In this document: positions 37,750-50,885 of the stretch, in pieces
How the letters are laid out: every line of letters starts with the position of its first letter
How positions within the stretch are numbered: the stretch's first letter is position 1
NCBI GenBank assembly: GCA_030264375.1
Contig: JASCQW010000122.1
Coordinates: 31,407,783 to 31,471,782 of the forward strand
Source: Carcharhinus longimanus
Lineage: Eukaryota
DNA length: 64,000 nucleotides
Reading direction: 5' to 3'
Notes under the pieces: model-generated
Databases searched by the model: none
What the model saw: only the letters and a program-made list of their open reading frames with translations
What the model was told of the DNA's origin: nothing
Position numbers and translations under genes: made by a program

Positions 37750-38880
37750 CAGTCCTCTTTCATCCCGGTTTCTTCATACTTGTTCAAGATGTTGTGGGAA
37801 AGACACCAGTTCGGAGTCAGACTTGGAGGTTCAACAAACAGTTTTATTTGGACAAAGCTTTGGGAGAAGCGCCGGCACCTTCTCAACTACACATTGGTAG
37901 TTGAGCATCTTTTATNNNNNNNNNNNNNNNNNNNNNNNNNNNNNNNNNNNNNNNNNNNNNNNNNNNNNNNNNNNNNNNNNNNNNNNNNNNNNNNNNNNNN
38001 NNNNNNNNNNNNNNNCATCTTTTAGACCTTGTGTTAGATAATAGACAGTACGGACATTAGCCATTAGCACATCGTTAAACGTTGAGCAGACAAGTACAGA
38101 CATCGACAGTTATCATATCGTTGTACATAGAGTAGATATATTTATGCAGTTATGTCCCGATCAATGGCTGATCTTGTTATATACATTTATGTCCCCCCAA
38201 GAATGGCTGAACTCATTATCAGTTTCATTGTTTTGGGTCTGCTTTTATCTCATGTTTAAGGTGCCTCAAGGTAACTTAAACACTACAGGTTTTAACTCTT
38301 TGTGTACTATCTGTGCCCAAAGTTAGTGCCTCTTAATATCTTTTCCCAGAGTCCATTTTGTGCCAGGTAACCATTTCGTGACCTTTAACTTTGATTTCAC
38401 TCCAATAAAGACATGGTAGAACCATTTTGGAGCTAATCATCTGGCAGTACTGCCACAGATGCTGCACCCTCATCATTGACCCTAACCACATGGAAAATGA
38501 TACTGTGCCTTGTTTTTAATCAGTTCAGCCATCCCTCGCTGTAGTTGAACTCCATGTGGTCCAGCTTCTTTGCTAGAGACCTCCCTTTTCCTGAAGAATT
38601 GAACTGGAGATAGGAGCATTCTCTGCTTGGGCTGCATTGAACTGTGTTAGCAGAGCTTCTTCAAAGTCAGGATAGGCTGGCATTCTCATCATCTTCCTTG
38701 CTGGAGAAAATGCCTATTTTTCAAACTGTTCTAGGCTGTTCACTTTGTGCTTCATAGTGGTGGAAAAACTTAATGGTGGACTCTCCCACTCTTTCGCATG
38801 TCTGCCTTGAGCTTCGCACCTCAGTTTTACACTTGCTGTGTCAACTTCACCTTCTTTCGTTTCACAGGTTTAATATTGTA
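37750..38880 (-). mobile_element. Tigger/pogo fragment (CENP-B-type HTH), split by a solo LTR
   Basis: Minus strand RMPAYPDFEEALLTQFNAAQAENAPISSSILQEK and EFNYSEGWLN.LKTRHSI, then DERGLFY on the other side of the LTR. Confidence 0.7.
37790..38407 (-). mobile_element. Solo LTR with 4-bp TSD, inserted in a Tigger fragment
   Basis: AAGA is duplicated at 37786-37789 and 38408-38411. The minus strand runs TATTGG...aataaaactg...CACAACA with a polyA signal near its end. Tigger coding remnants continue across it. Confidence 0.7.
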
Positions 38881-39175
38881 GGTTTTGTATATCATTTCAC
38901 AGGGAGATTGCAATGCCAAATGATGCTTACCTAGTACTCCATGATTTTACGTTATTGTATGGCTTAATTCTGCTCTGATTGGTTGGCATGGTCATATGAT
39001 AAATTTAGTCAGGTTTAGCTAATCTGGAGTGATCAGTGCAGAATTTTGGTTTATCATGGATGTCATTCTGAGATTTGCTATTCTGCCAGTGGGAATGGTT
39101 GACTACATTGACATCGGAATTTTGTGTCATCTGAGTTTGATTCACTGCAATTAAGATGGCCACTCAGTATTGACT

Positions 39176-39361
39176 AAAAGCAAAATTCTGTGGATGTTGG
39201 AATCTGAAACAAAAACAGAAAATGTTGGAAAATCTCAGCAGATCTGACAGCATCTGTGGAGAGAGAATAGAGCCAACGTTTTGAGTCAGGGTGACCCTTT
39301 ATCAGAGCTCTGCCAAAAGGTCATCCTGACGTCAAACATTGGCATGATTTTCTTTGCACAG
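39176..39361 (-). mobile_element. Second Penelope-like family copy
   Basis: Minus strand reads gagct-CTGATAA-agggtcaccctgactc-AAAA-cgtt-ggctc, with the inverted arm centred on cagagctctg. Confidence 0.65.
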
Positions 39362-40394
39362 TTTTGGTTCCCTGCTGATGCATTTATTTGATCAACAGTG
39401 TGGTTAGCGCTAGGTGAACGTCAAAATAATTGAAATGAGCAGAGAGCACTAAGTTAGTGTGCTGCTCACGTTGCAATCACCCAGCATATGTAATTGCTCA
39501 TTTTGGTTCCTCTGCCAACTTTATTAATTAGAACTCTTAATGCACCTAGAATGCGTGTCCATCTATACATTTTGTCAGAGGACACTATTCAAGGTCTTTG
39601 ATCATAGTGTAAGATTCACTGCTGCAATGATTTTGGTATGAACACTGAGATGTTCAGAATCTATGAGCTGAATTTTAGAAGCCCTTGGGGTCAGATTGGG
39701 AAGCGGGAGTTCTTGTAATATAGCAGTGAGAAGTGTTAGAATGGAAGCCAGGGGATATTGTCAGCAGTGGGAATGGCATTGGCCAATTAATGGCTAATTC
39801 CTGACTCCTTGCCAGCATCTTACCCAGCATCAGGATGGGTAAATTGAGGGAGCCTCCAAGCCGTTCCCAAGCATGAGGAGAATTGGGTGTGCATTCCTTT
39901 ATGGCCATACCATGGAAGGACCCTCGATGACACTGACATTTCTCTGCAACTCCACCATTGGCGGGCCCACCCCTCTAATTGCCAGTTTCTGTCAATATGA
40001 CACTGGCACATTAACAAAATATCGCACCTGCACTTTGCGGGCATCATTAAATGGAGGTGCCCTTTTCTCCCCCTGCCTCAACAGCAGCCGCCTCTATTAG
40101 TGGTGCTTCTAATCTACCAGCCCTCCGTTTCAGCTGGAATCTCTGATAGCTGGGCCTCTATCCTTAAACTGAGCTATAGTGGTCTTTTAATTGGATGTTT
40201 CTGATAAAATCTCACACCCTGCCTCCAGGTCCCACCATCCTCCACAGACAGTTGGGATCTGCTTTCAGCCTCAGGATTATCTTTTTGTAATATCAAGCTC
40301 TAAAGTTCACCATGGCAAGTTGTGAAATTGAGTCAATTAATGCCATCTTTAGTTCATTGGTAGCACTTGCCGTTCTGATTAAGATGGTCAGGAG

Positions 40395-40545
40395 TTCAAG
40401 TGGATACTGATCCTTCAGCATTACCGGAATGCAGGGCTGTCTTTTGGATGAGACATCAAATGATACCCATCTTTCTTCTCCTATGGAAATAAGGAAACTC
40501 CCATGGCAGAGCAAGAGAATACTCCTTGTGTCCTATCCAAAATTT
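40395..40545 (+). mobile_element. Old Deu-domain fragment
   Basis: gctgtcttttggatgagacatcaa...cccatggca...gagcaagagaat..tccttgtgtcct. Confidence 0.5.
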
Positions 40546-41224
40546 ATTCTTAGTCTTTGGAACTTTCTATATGTCACTTGTCTGCTAGATTTTCATATTA
40601 CTGTACCTGCAAATGTTACTAGACCAGATGGCTTTCTCTCAACTTGTTGAGAGTGCACTTGTCCATTTTTTTAAAAAAAATTCATGATTTCTGGGAATAG
40701 CAAAGGTGTTTGAATTGGATTTAAATGCTGACTCAATTCCATATTTAATAGCACTTACGATTTTGTGTGATTTTGATTAATCTCAAAACCCAGCCACTTG
40801 CACAGAGTTAAAATCAGGCCCTATATCTCTGCTCTGGAAGCACTTAGAAAACAACTTGACCTTGCTTGTTCCAAAAGCACTTTTGAAAACCTATTTGTTC
40901 CACTGTGTTGGATTCCCCATCTAAAATCCATCATTTTCTCCTCAATATATACCTCTTTTTCTCCAGGCTTTCAGCAGAAAAGTTAACTGAATAAGTTTGA
41001 AGCCCACTGCAGACATACCACGTGTGTATAAAACTCATTTCAAGCTTTTAATGGGATATGCATGTCGCCATTGGCATTTCATTAAAATATGAAAACGTTC
41101 TGTGTGATTTTAATATTGCTACTACTTGAATTGTGAATAGCATCCAACATCAACGACTATAGATGCTGCTCATCAAAACTAGGTTTGTGTTTGAAGAGAG
41201 CAGAATTGTGACCTGTATAACAGT

Positions 41225-42295
41225 AAATCAAAAGGCATTTGATAAGATTCTTTATTAAAGGTTTTTGCGGGAGGTAAAAGCACATGGTTTAGGGGTAACA
41301 TATTGGCATGGATAGAAGATTGGCTGGTTAACTGGAAATCAAGAGTCGGCATAAATGGGTCATTATCTGATTGTCAGAATGTGAAGAATAGTATGTCACA
41401 GGAATCTATACTGGGGCCTCAACTCTTTACAATTTATCAAAATGATTTGAATGAAGGAATCAATGGTATAGTTAAATTTGCGGATGACTCAAAATAGTAG
41501 GAAACTAAGTTGTGAGGAGGACGTAAAGAGGCTGCAAAAGTTACGGCGGAGGCCATTCGGTCCAACTTGTTCATGCCAGCTGAGGACACAAAGTTGTTCT
41601 TTCTAATCCCACCTTCCTGCACCCAGCCTATAGCCCTGCGGCTTACAGCATTTTAAAAGTGCAGATCTGAGTACTCCTTAAAAGAGTTTAGGGTCTCTGC
41701 CTCCACCACGAACTCAGGCAATGAATTGCAGACACCCACTACCCTCTGCAAATAAAGTTCTTCCTCATACCCCTTCTATACCTGCCACTTATTTTGAATC
41801 TATGTTCTCTGGTTCTTGAATTCTCTGCCAGGGGAAACAATTTTATCCTGTTTATACTATCTCTTCCCCTCATAATTTTGTACACTTCAGTCAACTCACC
41901 AAAATCAATCAAGAGTTTTGAAGAGTAAGAGGCAACTTGATTGAAACGTATAAAATCCTGAGGGGACTTGACAGGATGGATGAGGAAAAGGAAGCTTCTT
42001 GTTGTGGCAGAATCTCAGTCTCTGGGCCAAAGTTTAAAAATAAGGGGTTCACCCATCTAAAACAGAGGTGAGGATTTTTTCCCCTTTGGTGGTGTGCGAC
42101 TTTGAAATTCTTTTCCTTAAAGGATGATTGAAGCCGAGTCTTTGATTCTCAATAAGCAAATAGGTGAAAGGTGATCAGAGGTAGACAGGAATGTGAAGTT
42201 CAGGTTTAAAATTAGATAGTCATGAACTTATTGAATGGTAGAAAGGTCTTGAGGGGCTGAGCAACCTACTCTTTTCTTAATTTTTATGTTCTTAA
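41225..42295 (+). mobile_element. CR1 LINE RT and 3' end, with an antisense CR1 3' end nested at ~41540-41895
   Basis: KAFDK, AWIEDWL, SQESILGPQLFTIYQNDL, KFADD; later RGNLIETYKILRGLDR and a ttttatgttctta tail. Confidence 0.85.
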
Positions 42296-42855
42296 GTCAA
42301 GGTATTGGTAGTTTATGATCTTGCTGCTTGTTGCGATGATGATAATGGGAGATAAGCTTTTGAATAATCTTTATACTGTTCCTTCTGATTTGATCATCAA
42401 AGAACAAATTTCATATACCAAAATAAGCTAAATAAATCATATTAGAACTCTGAATTGCATTGTAGGTATTTTTCATTGCAGAACACTGAAGAGTACATTC
42501 AAAACAGGTCCAATGGAAATATGGACAAGCTAACTGATGTGAGGATGACTGAGGGATAGCTGAATCCTAAAATTTCCTATTTTACTAATGTGGAATATTT
42601 ATCTGAATTGGTGACATCTAGGATCAAGGTGTTACGAATAGTTTTAAAAACTAGAGATTCAAATATTTTGCTTTTATAACATATCTACTTTCATAATAAT
42701 AGAACAATATTTTTGTGCAAGCAAATATGTTTCACATTTTCGATCATGATGACTGAAATGTTTTGTGTGAAATATTCTTACAGATATTCAGGATATGTAC
42801 AAAAAGTGATTTGTTCTTGAGTTTTTCTCCTTTGACACTTTGGAGCACTATTTAA

Positions 42856-43818
42856 CGGGGGTGATTTCTCACCTACAATGCTAATTTTCTAGCATATTGG
42901 GGTGGGAGAATCTCTCAGGCGGGCATGTGTGGGATTCATGCATGAGTTCCCGCTGCAAGCGCATCCTCCAGCACCTTGATTTCTGGAGCCATCAGATCTG
43001 CGTTGGAAACTGCTGGGAAGACCAGGTAAGTAATTTTCATATATTTTCAATTTGTTTTTGGTGTAATTAGTCAGCCCGGGACTGAATTGGACTTTCAGGA
43101 CTAGAGGGCACAGCCTCAAGATAAGAGGGGGGCAGTTTAGAACGGAGTTGAGGAGGAACTTCTTCACTCAAANNNNNNNNNNNNNNNNNNNNNNNNNNNN
43201 NNNNNNNNNNNNNNNNNNNNNNNNNNNNNNNNNNNNNNNNNNNNNNNNNNNNNNNNNNNNNNNNNNNNNNNNNNNNNNNNNNNNNNNNNNNNNNNNNNNN
43301 NNNNNNNNNNNNNNNNNNNNNNNNNNNNNNNNNNNNNNNNNNNNNNNNNNNNNNNNNNNNNNNNNNNNNNNNNNNNNNNNNNNNNNNNNNNNNNNNNNNN
43401 NNNNNNNNNNNNNNNNNNNNNNNNNNNNNNNNNNNNNNNNNNNNNNNNNNNNNNNNNNNCACTGCCTGGGGGTGGGGGTGTGTCAAAACTGCTGAGGGGG
43501 CTGGTGGAACAGTAGGGGGGAGCAGGGCAGAGGGCTGGTAACATGGGCATTGTGGGATTGGGGGGGTGCGAAGGGTCAAGGCTGGCCCGGGAATGGTCGG
43601 GTGTGCAGCGATTGGGCCGTGGGGGTGTTGGGCTTGCAGCACTGTAGGGGCCTGTTTGTGTTGTAGTTTTTCTGTGTTCTATGATATTCACACTGGTGGT
43701 CTCTGCAGTGCAGAGTGTGGGAGATTCTCATGTATACTTCCACTGAAAAACCAGCGTGAATTACTCCAGTTTTCCTGCAAATTTGACACTTAGAATGTTT
43801 TTGGGAGAATTCTGCCCA
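42856..43818. mobile_element. Non-autonomous Harbinger-like element hosting a CR1 fragment
   Basis: Imperfect TIRs gggggtgatttctc / gagaattctgccc and a G-rich interior. Similar elements appear at ~17475-18380, ~36530-37560 and ~39665-40275. Confidence 0.45.
43095..43172 (+). mobile_element. CR1 3' fragment running into a gap
   Basis: TRGHSLKIRGGQFRTELRRNFFTQ. Confidence 0.8.
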
Positions 43819-45074
43819 ATATTTCCCGTCAAGGGAATTTTTGAGACCAGGGAATTAGCTCAGAGGAAATCATAGATGCAAATCTATATTTCTCATACGT
43901 GCCAGTAAATTGGTGCATGCATGGACTTTTCTAATTGCATTGAGACAAGAGATTTTTCTTCCTGTCTTGTTGACGCGACTCCTCGCCTTCGATAGCTAAA
44001 TAGACCTTTATATTTTTCACTTTCACTTTTAAGTGGTTTTAATATCAAATTATGAAGATGCTTTATTTCATTGCACAGCTGAATAAAAAGTAAGTCCATA
44101 TTTTTCTACTTCAGGTGTTAATGAGGGGTGAATGGAAGACTACATCTCAATGACTACATTGACTGGAACAGTTAGGAAGCTCTAAGACCATTATTGTTTA
44201 ATCTGATCTAAAGTAAAGTGCTGCAGTTATGAAAGTGGCAAAGTGCAGTGCTTGCAGACTATTATAAGCATATTTGTTTTATTGATTATGATAAATTGGA
44301 TTATATAATCACTGCAAGCACAGCTGGAATGCACTCAGATTCCAAGAAGACTCCAATGCTTAAATTTAATGTTTCTGTTGTAGTGAAGAATTATGACAAA
44401 TTCTTCATTAGAAGCTAAGAAATGGGTTGAAATAGATTTCCTGTAATATGATGTGTTTTTACAAACTAAAAGCAAATAGTCCTAAAATATGGTCTCATTC
44501 AAATTTAATGAGAATTTTTATTTATTAATTCATGGGGCACGGACCAGCATTTATTGCCCATCCCTAGTTGCCCTTGTTCAGAGAGCAGTTGAGAGTCAAC
44601 CACATTACTGTGGTTCTGGAGTCACATGTAGGCCAGACCAGGTAAATGAGGCAGATTTCGTTCTCCAAAGGACATTACTAAACCAGATGGGGTTTTCCGA
44701 CAACTGACAATGATTTCATGATCTTAATTTCAGACATTTTTATTGAATTCAAACTTTACCATTTGCCGTAGTGGGACTCAAACCCAGGTCCCCAGAACAT
44801 TAGCTGAGTTTCTGGATTAATAATCTAGCAAAAATACCACTAAGATAACGCCTCGCCTTCATTGCACATGAATGAACATTTTTATACATAACGGCAGTGA
44901 TTCCTTCCCCATTACACTCAGATCAATGTTACACATATTGTTATGAATACATAGAAATGTTCTTGACTCTAGTATGAGCAAATGTATTAAAATTTACAGA
45001 GGACAGAGAAGTTACTGGGGGTTAGTGCTTCCTGATTAACTTTAAAAATTACTGCAAGCAATCGCAAGCGAACT

Positions 45075-46184
45075 TAGACTTAAATTCAATGTTGTGCAGT
45101 GTGAGGTAATAGGTCTTGGAAGAAAGAATAGGATGCATACAACAAATGGTAAAACCTGAAAAAGAGTAGAAGTGAAACATGATTTTTCAAGGTTTAGACG
45201 TACAAATTTTTGAAGTTGGAAGATGAGTTGATGAGGCTGGTGTCAAATAAAATATGAGATCCTGAATGCTATAAATGGGAACCAAGAATATAAATTCAAG
45301 AGACTATATCAAATTTGCACTTGTCACTTGGTAGTACAGAACTTGAGTATTGCTGAAAGGAGAAACATGTGGCTGAAGCTTTTTGTCTCCCACTTATTAG
45401 GATAAAAGTAAAAATGTCAATTTTCAAATGATCATAATTTATTCTACAGGAAGAAAAAGTATTGATTGGTTGACAAATCAATTCTGATTAGTTAAAATAT
45501 TGTGGAGAAAGCCACAGGGAAACATAGTGCAAGACATAAAACGTCATCAACATATTTGTCCTTTCAGAAATGTTCTGTGCAAATTTTTGATTAGGCCAGT
45601 TATACTAGTTTTCAGTTTCAGGTGCCTTACTTCAAGTATGTTAAGACCTTGGAAAGGCCTAAAAGTGATTGAGTAAGATAATAATAATGAGGCTTATTTA
45701 ACAAAACAGCAGAAAAAAGTTGCAGTGTTTTTAGTAAACAGTGAAGATTAAGAGGCATTGTGATAGAGGTATTCAAAATTTGGAGTCATAGAGCAATATG
45801 GCATGGGAAAAGGCCCTTCAGCCCAATTGGTCCATGATGCCCTCCCAGCTAGTCCCAAGTGCCCATGTTTTGCCCATATCCCTCTAATCTTTTCCCATCC
45901 ATGTACTTATCTAAATGCATTTTAAATGTTGTTATTGAACATGCCTCAACCACTTTTTTTGGCAGCTCAATCCATATACACACCGCCCTCTATGTGAAAA
46001 CGTTTCCCCTCAGGTCCCCTTTAAAATTCTTCCCCCCTCACCTTAAACCTATGCCCTCTAGTTTTCAATTCCCCTACCCTGGGAAGAAGACTGTGTGTGT
46101 TCATCCTATTTATAGCCCTGATGATTTTATACACTTCATTCTCCTATGTTCCAAGGAATAAAACCCTAGTCTGACCATCCACTC
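45075..46184. mobile_element. Cluster of CR1 fragments (sense pieces to ~45785, antisense 3' end 45785-46184)
   Basis: KFNV..CEVI.LGRKN and LRGIVIEVFKI on the plus strand, then an antisense tail tcatagagcaatatggcatgggaaaaggcccttcagccc. Confidence 0.7.
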
Positions 46185-47050
46185 NNNNNNNNNNNNNNNN
46201 NNNNNNNNNNNNNNNNNNNNNNNNNNNNNNNNNNNNNNNNNNNNNNNNNNNNNNNNNNNNNNNNNNNNNNNNNNNNNNNNNNNNNNNNNNNNNNNNNNNN
46301 NNNNNNNNNNNNNNNNNNNNNNNNNNNNNNNNNNNNNNNNNNNNNNNNNNNNNNNNNNNNNNNNNNNNNNNNNNNNNNNNNNNNNNNNNNNNNNNNNNNN
46401 NNNNNNNNNNNNNNNNNNNNNNNNNNNNNNNNNNNNNNNNNNNNNNNNNNNNNNNNNNNNNNNNNNNNNNNNNNNNNNNNNNNNNNNNNNNNNNNNNNNN
46501 NNNNNNNNNNNNNNNNNNNNNNNNNNNNNNNNNNNNNNNNNNNNNNNNNNNNNNNNNNNNNNNNNNNNNNNNNNNNNNNNNNNNNNNNNNNNNNNNNNNN
46601 NNNNNNNNNNNNNNNNNNNNNNNNNNNNNNNNNNNNNNNNNNNNNNNNNNNNNNNNNNNNNNNNNNNNNNNNNNNNNNNNNNNNNNNNNNNNNNNNNNNN
46701 NNNNNNNNNNNNNNNNNNNNNNNNNNNNNNNNNNNNNNNNNNNNNNNNNNNNNNNNNNNNNNNNNNNNNNNNNNNNNNNNNNNNNNNNNNNNNNNNNNNN
46801 NNNNNNNNNNNNNNNNNNNNNNNNNNNNNNNNNNNNNNNNNNNNNNNNNNNNNNNNNNNNNNNNNNNNNNNNNNNNNNNNNNNNNNNNNNNNNNNNNNNN
46901 NNNNNNNNNNNNNNNNNNNNNNNNNNNNNNNNNNNNNNNNNNNNNNNNNNNNNNNNNNNNNNNNNNNNNNNNNNNNNNNNNNNNNNNNNNNNNNNNNNNN
47001 NNNNNNNNNNNNNNNNNNNNNNNNNNNNNNNNNNNNNNNNNNNNNNNNNN

Positions 47051-47220
47051 AACCATTATTTTGTAAATTGAGCTTGAGTCTATATATGCCCCATTTGTGA
47101 ACACAACTCCTCGCTCACCTGAAGAAGGGGGCGACACTCCGAAAGCTTGTGCTACCAAATAAACCTGTTGGACTTTAACCTGATGTTGTGAGACTTTTTA
47201 CTGTGCTTACCCCAGTCCAC
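47051..47220 (+). mobile_element. Penelope-like 3' end with hammerhead motif, next to a gap
   Basis: cac-CTGAAGA-agggggcgacactcc-GAAA-gctt-gtg (47116-47151), followed by aataaacctgttggactttaacctg, shared with the 511-681 and 48088-48247 copies. Confidence 0.75.
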
Positions 47221-47234
47221 ATCAAGAGAATAAG

Positions 47235-48035
47235 TCACAAACGACATCCTGTTTATCTTGACATTCCCTTTCACCAAAAATTGACATACAAAAAAAAAAT
47301 CTGAGCAAGACAGCAGCAAAGATTAAAACATTAAACAGCCTCTTGAGCAGACTTGTTGACTCTTCATGGGTGTTCAAACTTTAAGGACCTCAGCTCTTGC
47401 CATTATCTTATAACTCTGCATTGATTGTAGAGTACTGTGCACCAGTATGGTACAACTCATCCCATATCAGGCTTGTAGATACCAGCTCAAAATAGCAATG
47501 CATATCATCTCAAGTACTTTCCAATCAACTCAACTCCATTGACTCCCAGTCCCGAGCAACATCTTGCCCCCTCACATAAGGACAAAGGTTGCAACAAGAA
47601 AGGTCCTGGAGAAGGTTTACATCAAGTCAAGCCTGCTACTACACAACGACCTTACCAATGTACCTGCTGCTCTCCTCCCACCACGCTAGTCTTTATGACT
47701 AAGACCACCGTGCCAAGGAAGAACAGCAGAGGCCCTGTGCAGCAGGAACGGAACCAACATGTCATCAACAGAAACCACTCTTTGATCACAGATCCCACAG
47801 TCAGCTTCAACCTGCAATTGACTCTCCATCTGGCACATCTCAGCTGTTTCTGCGCTGAGATCGTGCAGCAAATTGCTGGAAACTCTAACTGCAGCTGTGG
47901 TGTACCACAGTCAGTGACTCACACCATTGAAGACTGCCCCCTAACAAAATTCAACAGAGGGCTCCGAGAATTACATTTAGCAATTATGGAAGCTATTGTC
48001 TAAGTTGGTAATCTCGGTACATGCGGAAAAGAAAA
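47235..48035 (+). mobile_element. Vingi/Ingi-type non-LTR retrotransposon, 3' part
   Basis: Remnants AAKIKTLNSLLSRLVDSSW, LRTSALA, EYCAPVWYNSSHIRLVDTS, STQLH.LPVPSNILPPHIR, a C-terminal zinc finger CSCGVPQSVTHTIEDCPLTKFNRGLRELH, and a gaaaagaaaaa tail. Confidence 0.65.
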
Positions 48036-48087
48036 ACTGTAGGCAACAAGCTGACTGCACTCCCACTAACTGCTGCATTCTATGTAT

Positions 48088-48247
48088 AGTAAGAAGTCTC
48101 ACAACACCAGGTTAAAGTCCTGATGAGTCACCTGATGAAGGAGCAGTGCTCCAAAAGCTCGTGGTGCCAAATAAACCTGTTGGACTTTAACTTGATATTG
48201 TGAGACTTATTACTGTGCCCACCCCAGTCCAACATAATATCTCCATA
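48088..48247 (+). mobile_element. Penelope-like non-autonomous element with 13-bp TSD
   Basis: GCATTCTATGTAT is duplicated at 48075-48087 and 48248-48260. A short inverted 5' arm precedes cac-CTGATGA-aggagcagtgctcc-aaaa-gctc-gtg. Confidence 0.82.
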
Positions 48248-50607
48248 GCATTCTATGTATGTGAAACAGGAAACATCATTGTTACCATCTATGTGATCAT
48301 GATGTTACCTGTTGTATTTTGCTATTATTAACTTGGAACGTGGGAGAATACTGTCCTATTGATTTTCTATGATGTAATGTAGCATAATCTGAACTAATGC
48401 TTCAATGTAGAAATGTTACAGCAGTTTTTATACATTCAGCCAACCTGTCCAGGCCAGTATTTCCTAATAAACCTTTACCTAGAAACAGATTCATTCCAAA
48501 TGTTTGTATCTTTTAGAACTAGTCTGCTGTAAAATTTCAGAATATAAACTCTTTCATTACCACTGTATTTGGCAGTTATATATTTCTCAGTTTTAACAAG
48601 CCCTTTAAATATGAGCTCTAAAGAATACTTTACTAATGTTCTTTACATGATTTATGATTTTGTTTTGCCCGTAAAATATTTTTGCTGAAAGGTGTGTTTC
48701 AGTAAGTGCTTCAGTTTGTCAATTCATTCTACTTGCCAACAGGACTATATGCTAAGCAGAAGTGCTCTGGAAGTTACATATAAAAGTGTTAACTTTGATT
48801 CTTGTTAGTTAAATGGCAAATATATTATAGTTGCATTTCTTTTGTATATAGAATTAATTAGCATAGTGAACATAGGAATTTATCAGTGGGTTGATGGAAC
48901 AGTGATTTATGTTGTGACTGCAGGAAATAACTAGATGTTCATGGAAAATTAAAAATAAAAACTGCATGTTTAGCAGAGAAACATTGAAATTTTTAAATAT
49001 GTATTTGCTGTAATGAATGCCCACAGTGCCTCATGTATTTTAAACATAGGCTGTTATGTACTTAGTGCAGTGTACAAAATTTCCATGTTTGTGTGATAAA
49101 CAATACATGTACTTAACCTGGTATTTTCTACGCCAAATTATTTCAGAACATTTAGCACAATTAATTGCTTTCTGAATTGCAGTTGACGGTATTTTATGAG
49201 CAATGGAATATAAGAGAAAAATTAGGAACAGGATTAGGCTAAGTTATTTGAGCTGTTTTGACATTAACTTAGATCTTTGATGATCTGTACCTCAGCTCCC
49301 TTTTTTGACTTTCCTCTAAATCATCTGACACTTTTATGAATATTGTTGTCAAATCTTAATTTTAGTGCAACACCATTGTTGTATTTTCCTCTTATGCTTT
49401 GTAGCATTAGTCACAAGTCAATTCTGTTCCACTTTTATGGTTCCATTCTCTATCGTTTTCCAAACTCGTTGATATCAAAAATAGGGGTCGAATTTCTTGT
49501 ATATTTATGCTCAAAAACGCACGTTATTGGGACATAAAGCAAATATCTGGCTGAAGCAATCAATGTAATTCAGGTACAGGCAAGTCATATACATGGTTGT
49601 ATCTTGCCTAATTTTCCTTGCTCTTCCGAACCATCTATTAATCTCTCTATCTCAACATATTTTCACTCATTACAATTTCCTTGCTTCTCAAATAAATTTG
49701 ATATTTGGCCATTGTAGAAATTTTGCTGTTTTCTATGTTGATATCCTTTGCAACGGAAAGGAGAAGTAAATATTTCACAGCCTCTACCTTGAAGTACTAA
49801 ATAATTTATCCCAGCCAAACAATCTCCTGTAATAATGCTTACACAGCATGTCTTTTGGGCACTGTCAGCAGAATTCTTAAATGACTGTTGCTCAATTATC
49901 AGATTACAGTGAGACACTGACTTGCTTTCAACTGTGATTTCTTCAAAGGACCTGGACAATCTAAAGCAGCAAATTTCTTGTACCTAGACACCTGGCTGTC
50001 ATGTTAACACTTAAGGAACACTTAAAAGTATTCAGTTTTAGAATAATAAAAATCTACATGACAAAATGGCCATTGGACCAAGAAAGAGCTACCCAACCTA
50101 ATCCCACTTCCAACTCTTGTAGGTTATGGAATTTGTAAAAACCCTCCTCCATTCTTTTCTAATTTTTCTATTGAACTTGTTGCTAAGTGAAGCAGGCCCT
50201 TCTTACCCACTCTTTATCAAATTTTATAATTATATGCATTCCAATTAAGTTTTTCCTCAGTTTTGCCTGTCCCAGTGAAAACAACCTGAGCAGACAGCTA
50301 ATATCTTTCAGCCTTGGCAACATCCTTGTAAATCTCCTCTGTGCCCTCTTGTATCATTACATCCTTTCTATAATGCAGTGACCAGAAGTGTAAAATCTGT
50401 AGTTAGATTCATGTTGGACAAATGTTTGTATGCATCAGGGTTGGTTCAATTCCAAATGTGTTTCTATTATGCTTAGAGAGGGCTACAGTGTGAAGAGTAA
50501 ATAGAGCAAGTGCATGAGTAAAGGTTACAAAGAACAACACAAAGAAAATTAATCAAAAATGAGTGCATCTTCTAAAGTTATCTCAGTTTTGTGGTGTATG
50601 AATCTTT

Positions 50608-50885
50608 ATAAGAACATAAGAACATAAGAAATAGGAGCAGGAGTAGGCCATCTAGCCCTTCGAGCCTGCCCCGCCATTNNNNNNNNNNNNNNNNNNNNNN
50701 NNNNNNNNNNNNNNNNNNNNNNNNNNNNNNNNNNNNNNNNNNNNNNNNNNNNNNNNNNNNNNNNNNNNNNNNNNNNNNCCCTCGCTATGAAGGCCAGCAT
50801 CCCATTCGCCTTCCTGACCACCTGCTGCACCTGCAAGCTGGGTTTTTGCGACTCAAGCACAAGGACCCCGAGGTCCCTCTGCACC
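50608..50885 (-). mobile_element. Young CR1 3' portion spanning a gap
   Basis: QRDLGVLVLESQKPSLQVQQVVRKANGMLAFIAR and a (ttcttatg)n tail. Confidence 0.88.

Noticed and set aside
46166-47158. Long ORFs spanning N runs (also 43067-43691, 1922-2360, 15708-16095)
   Set aside because: Artefacts of translating assembly gaps.
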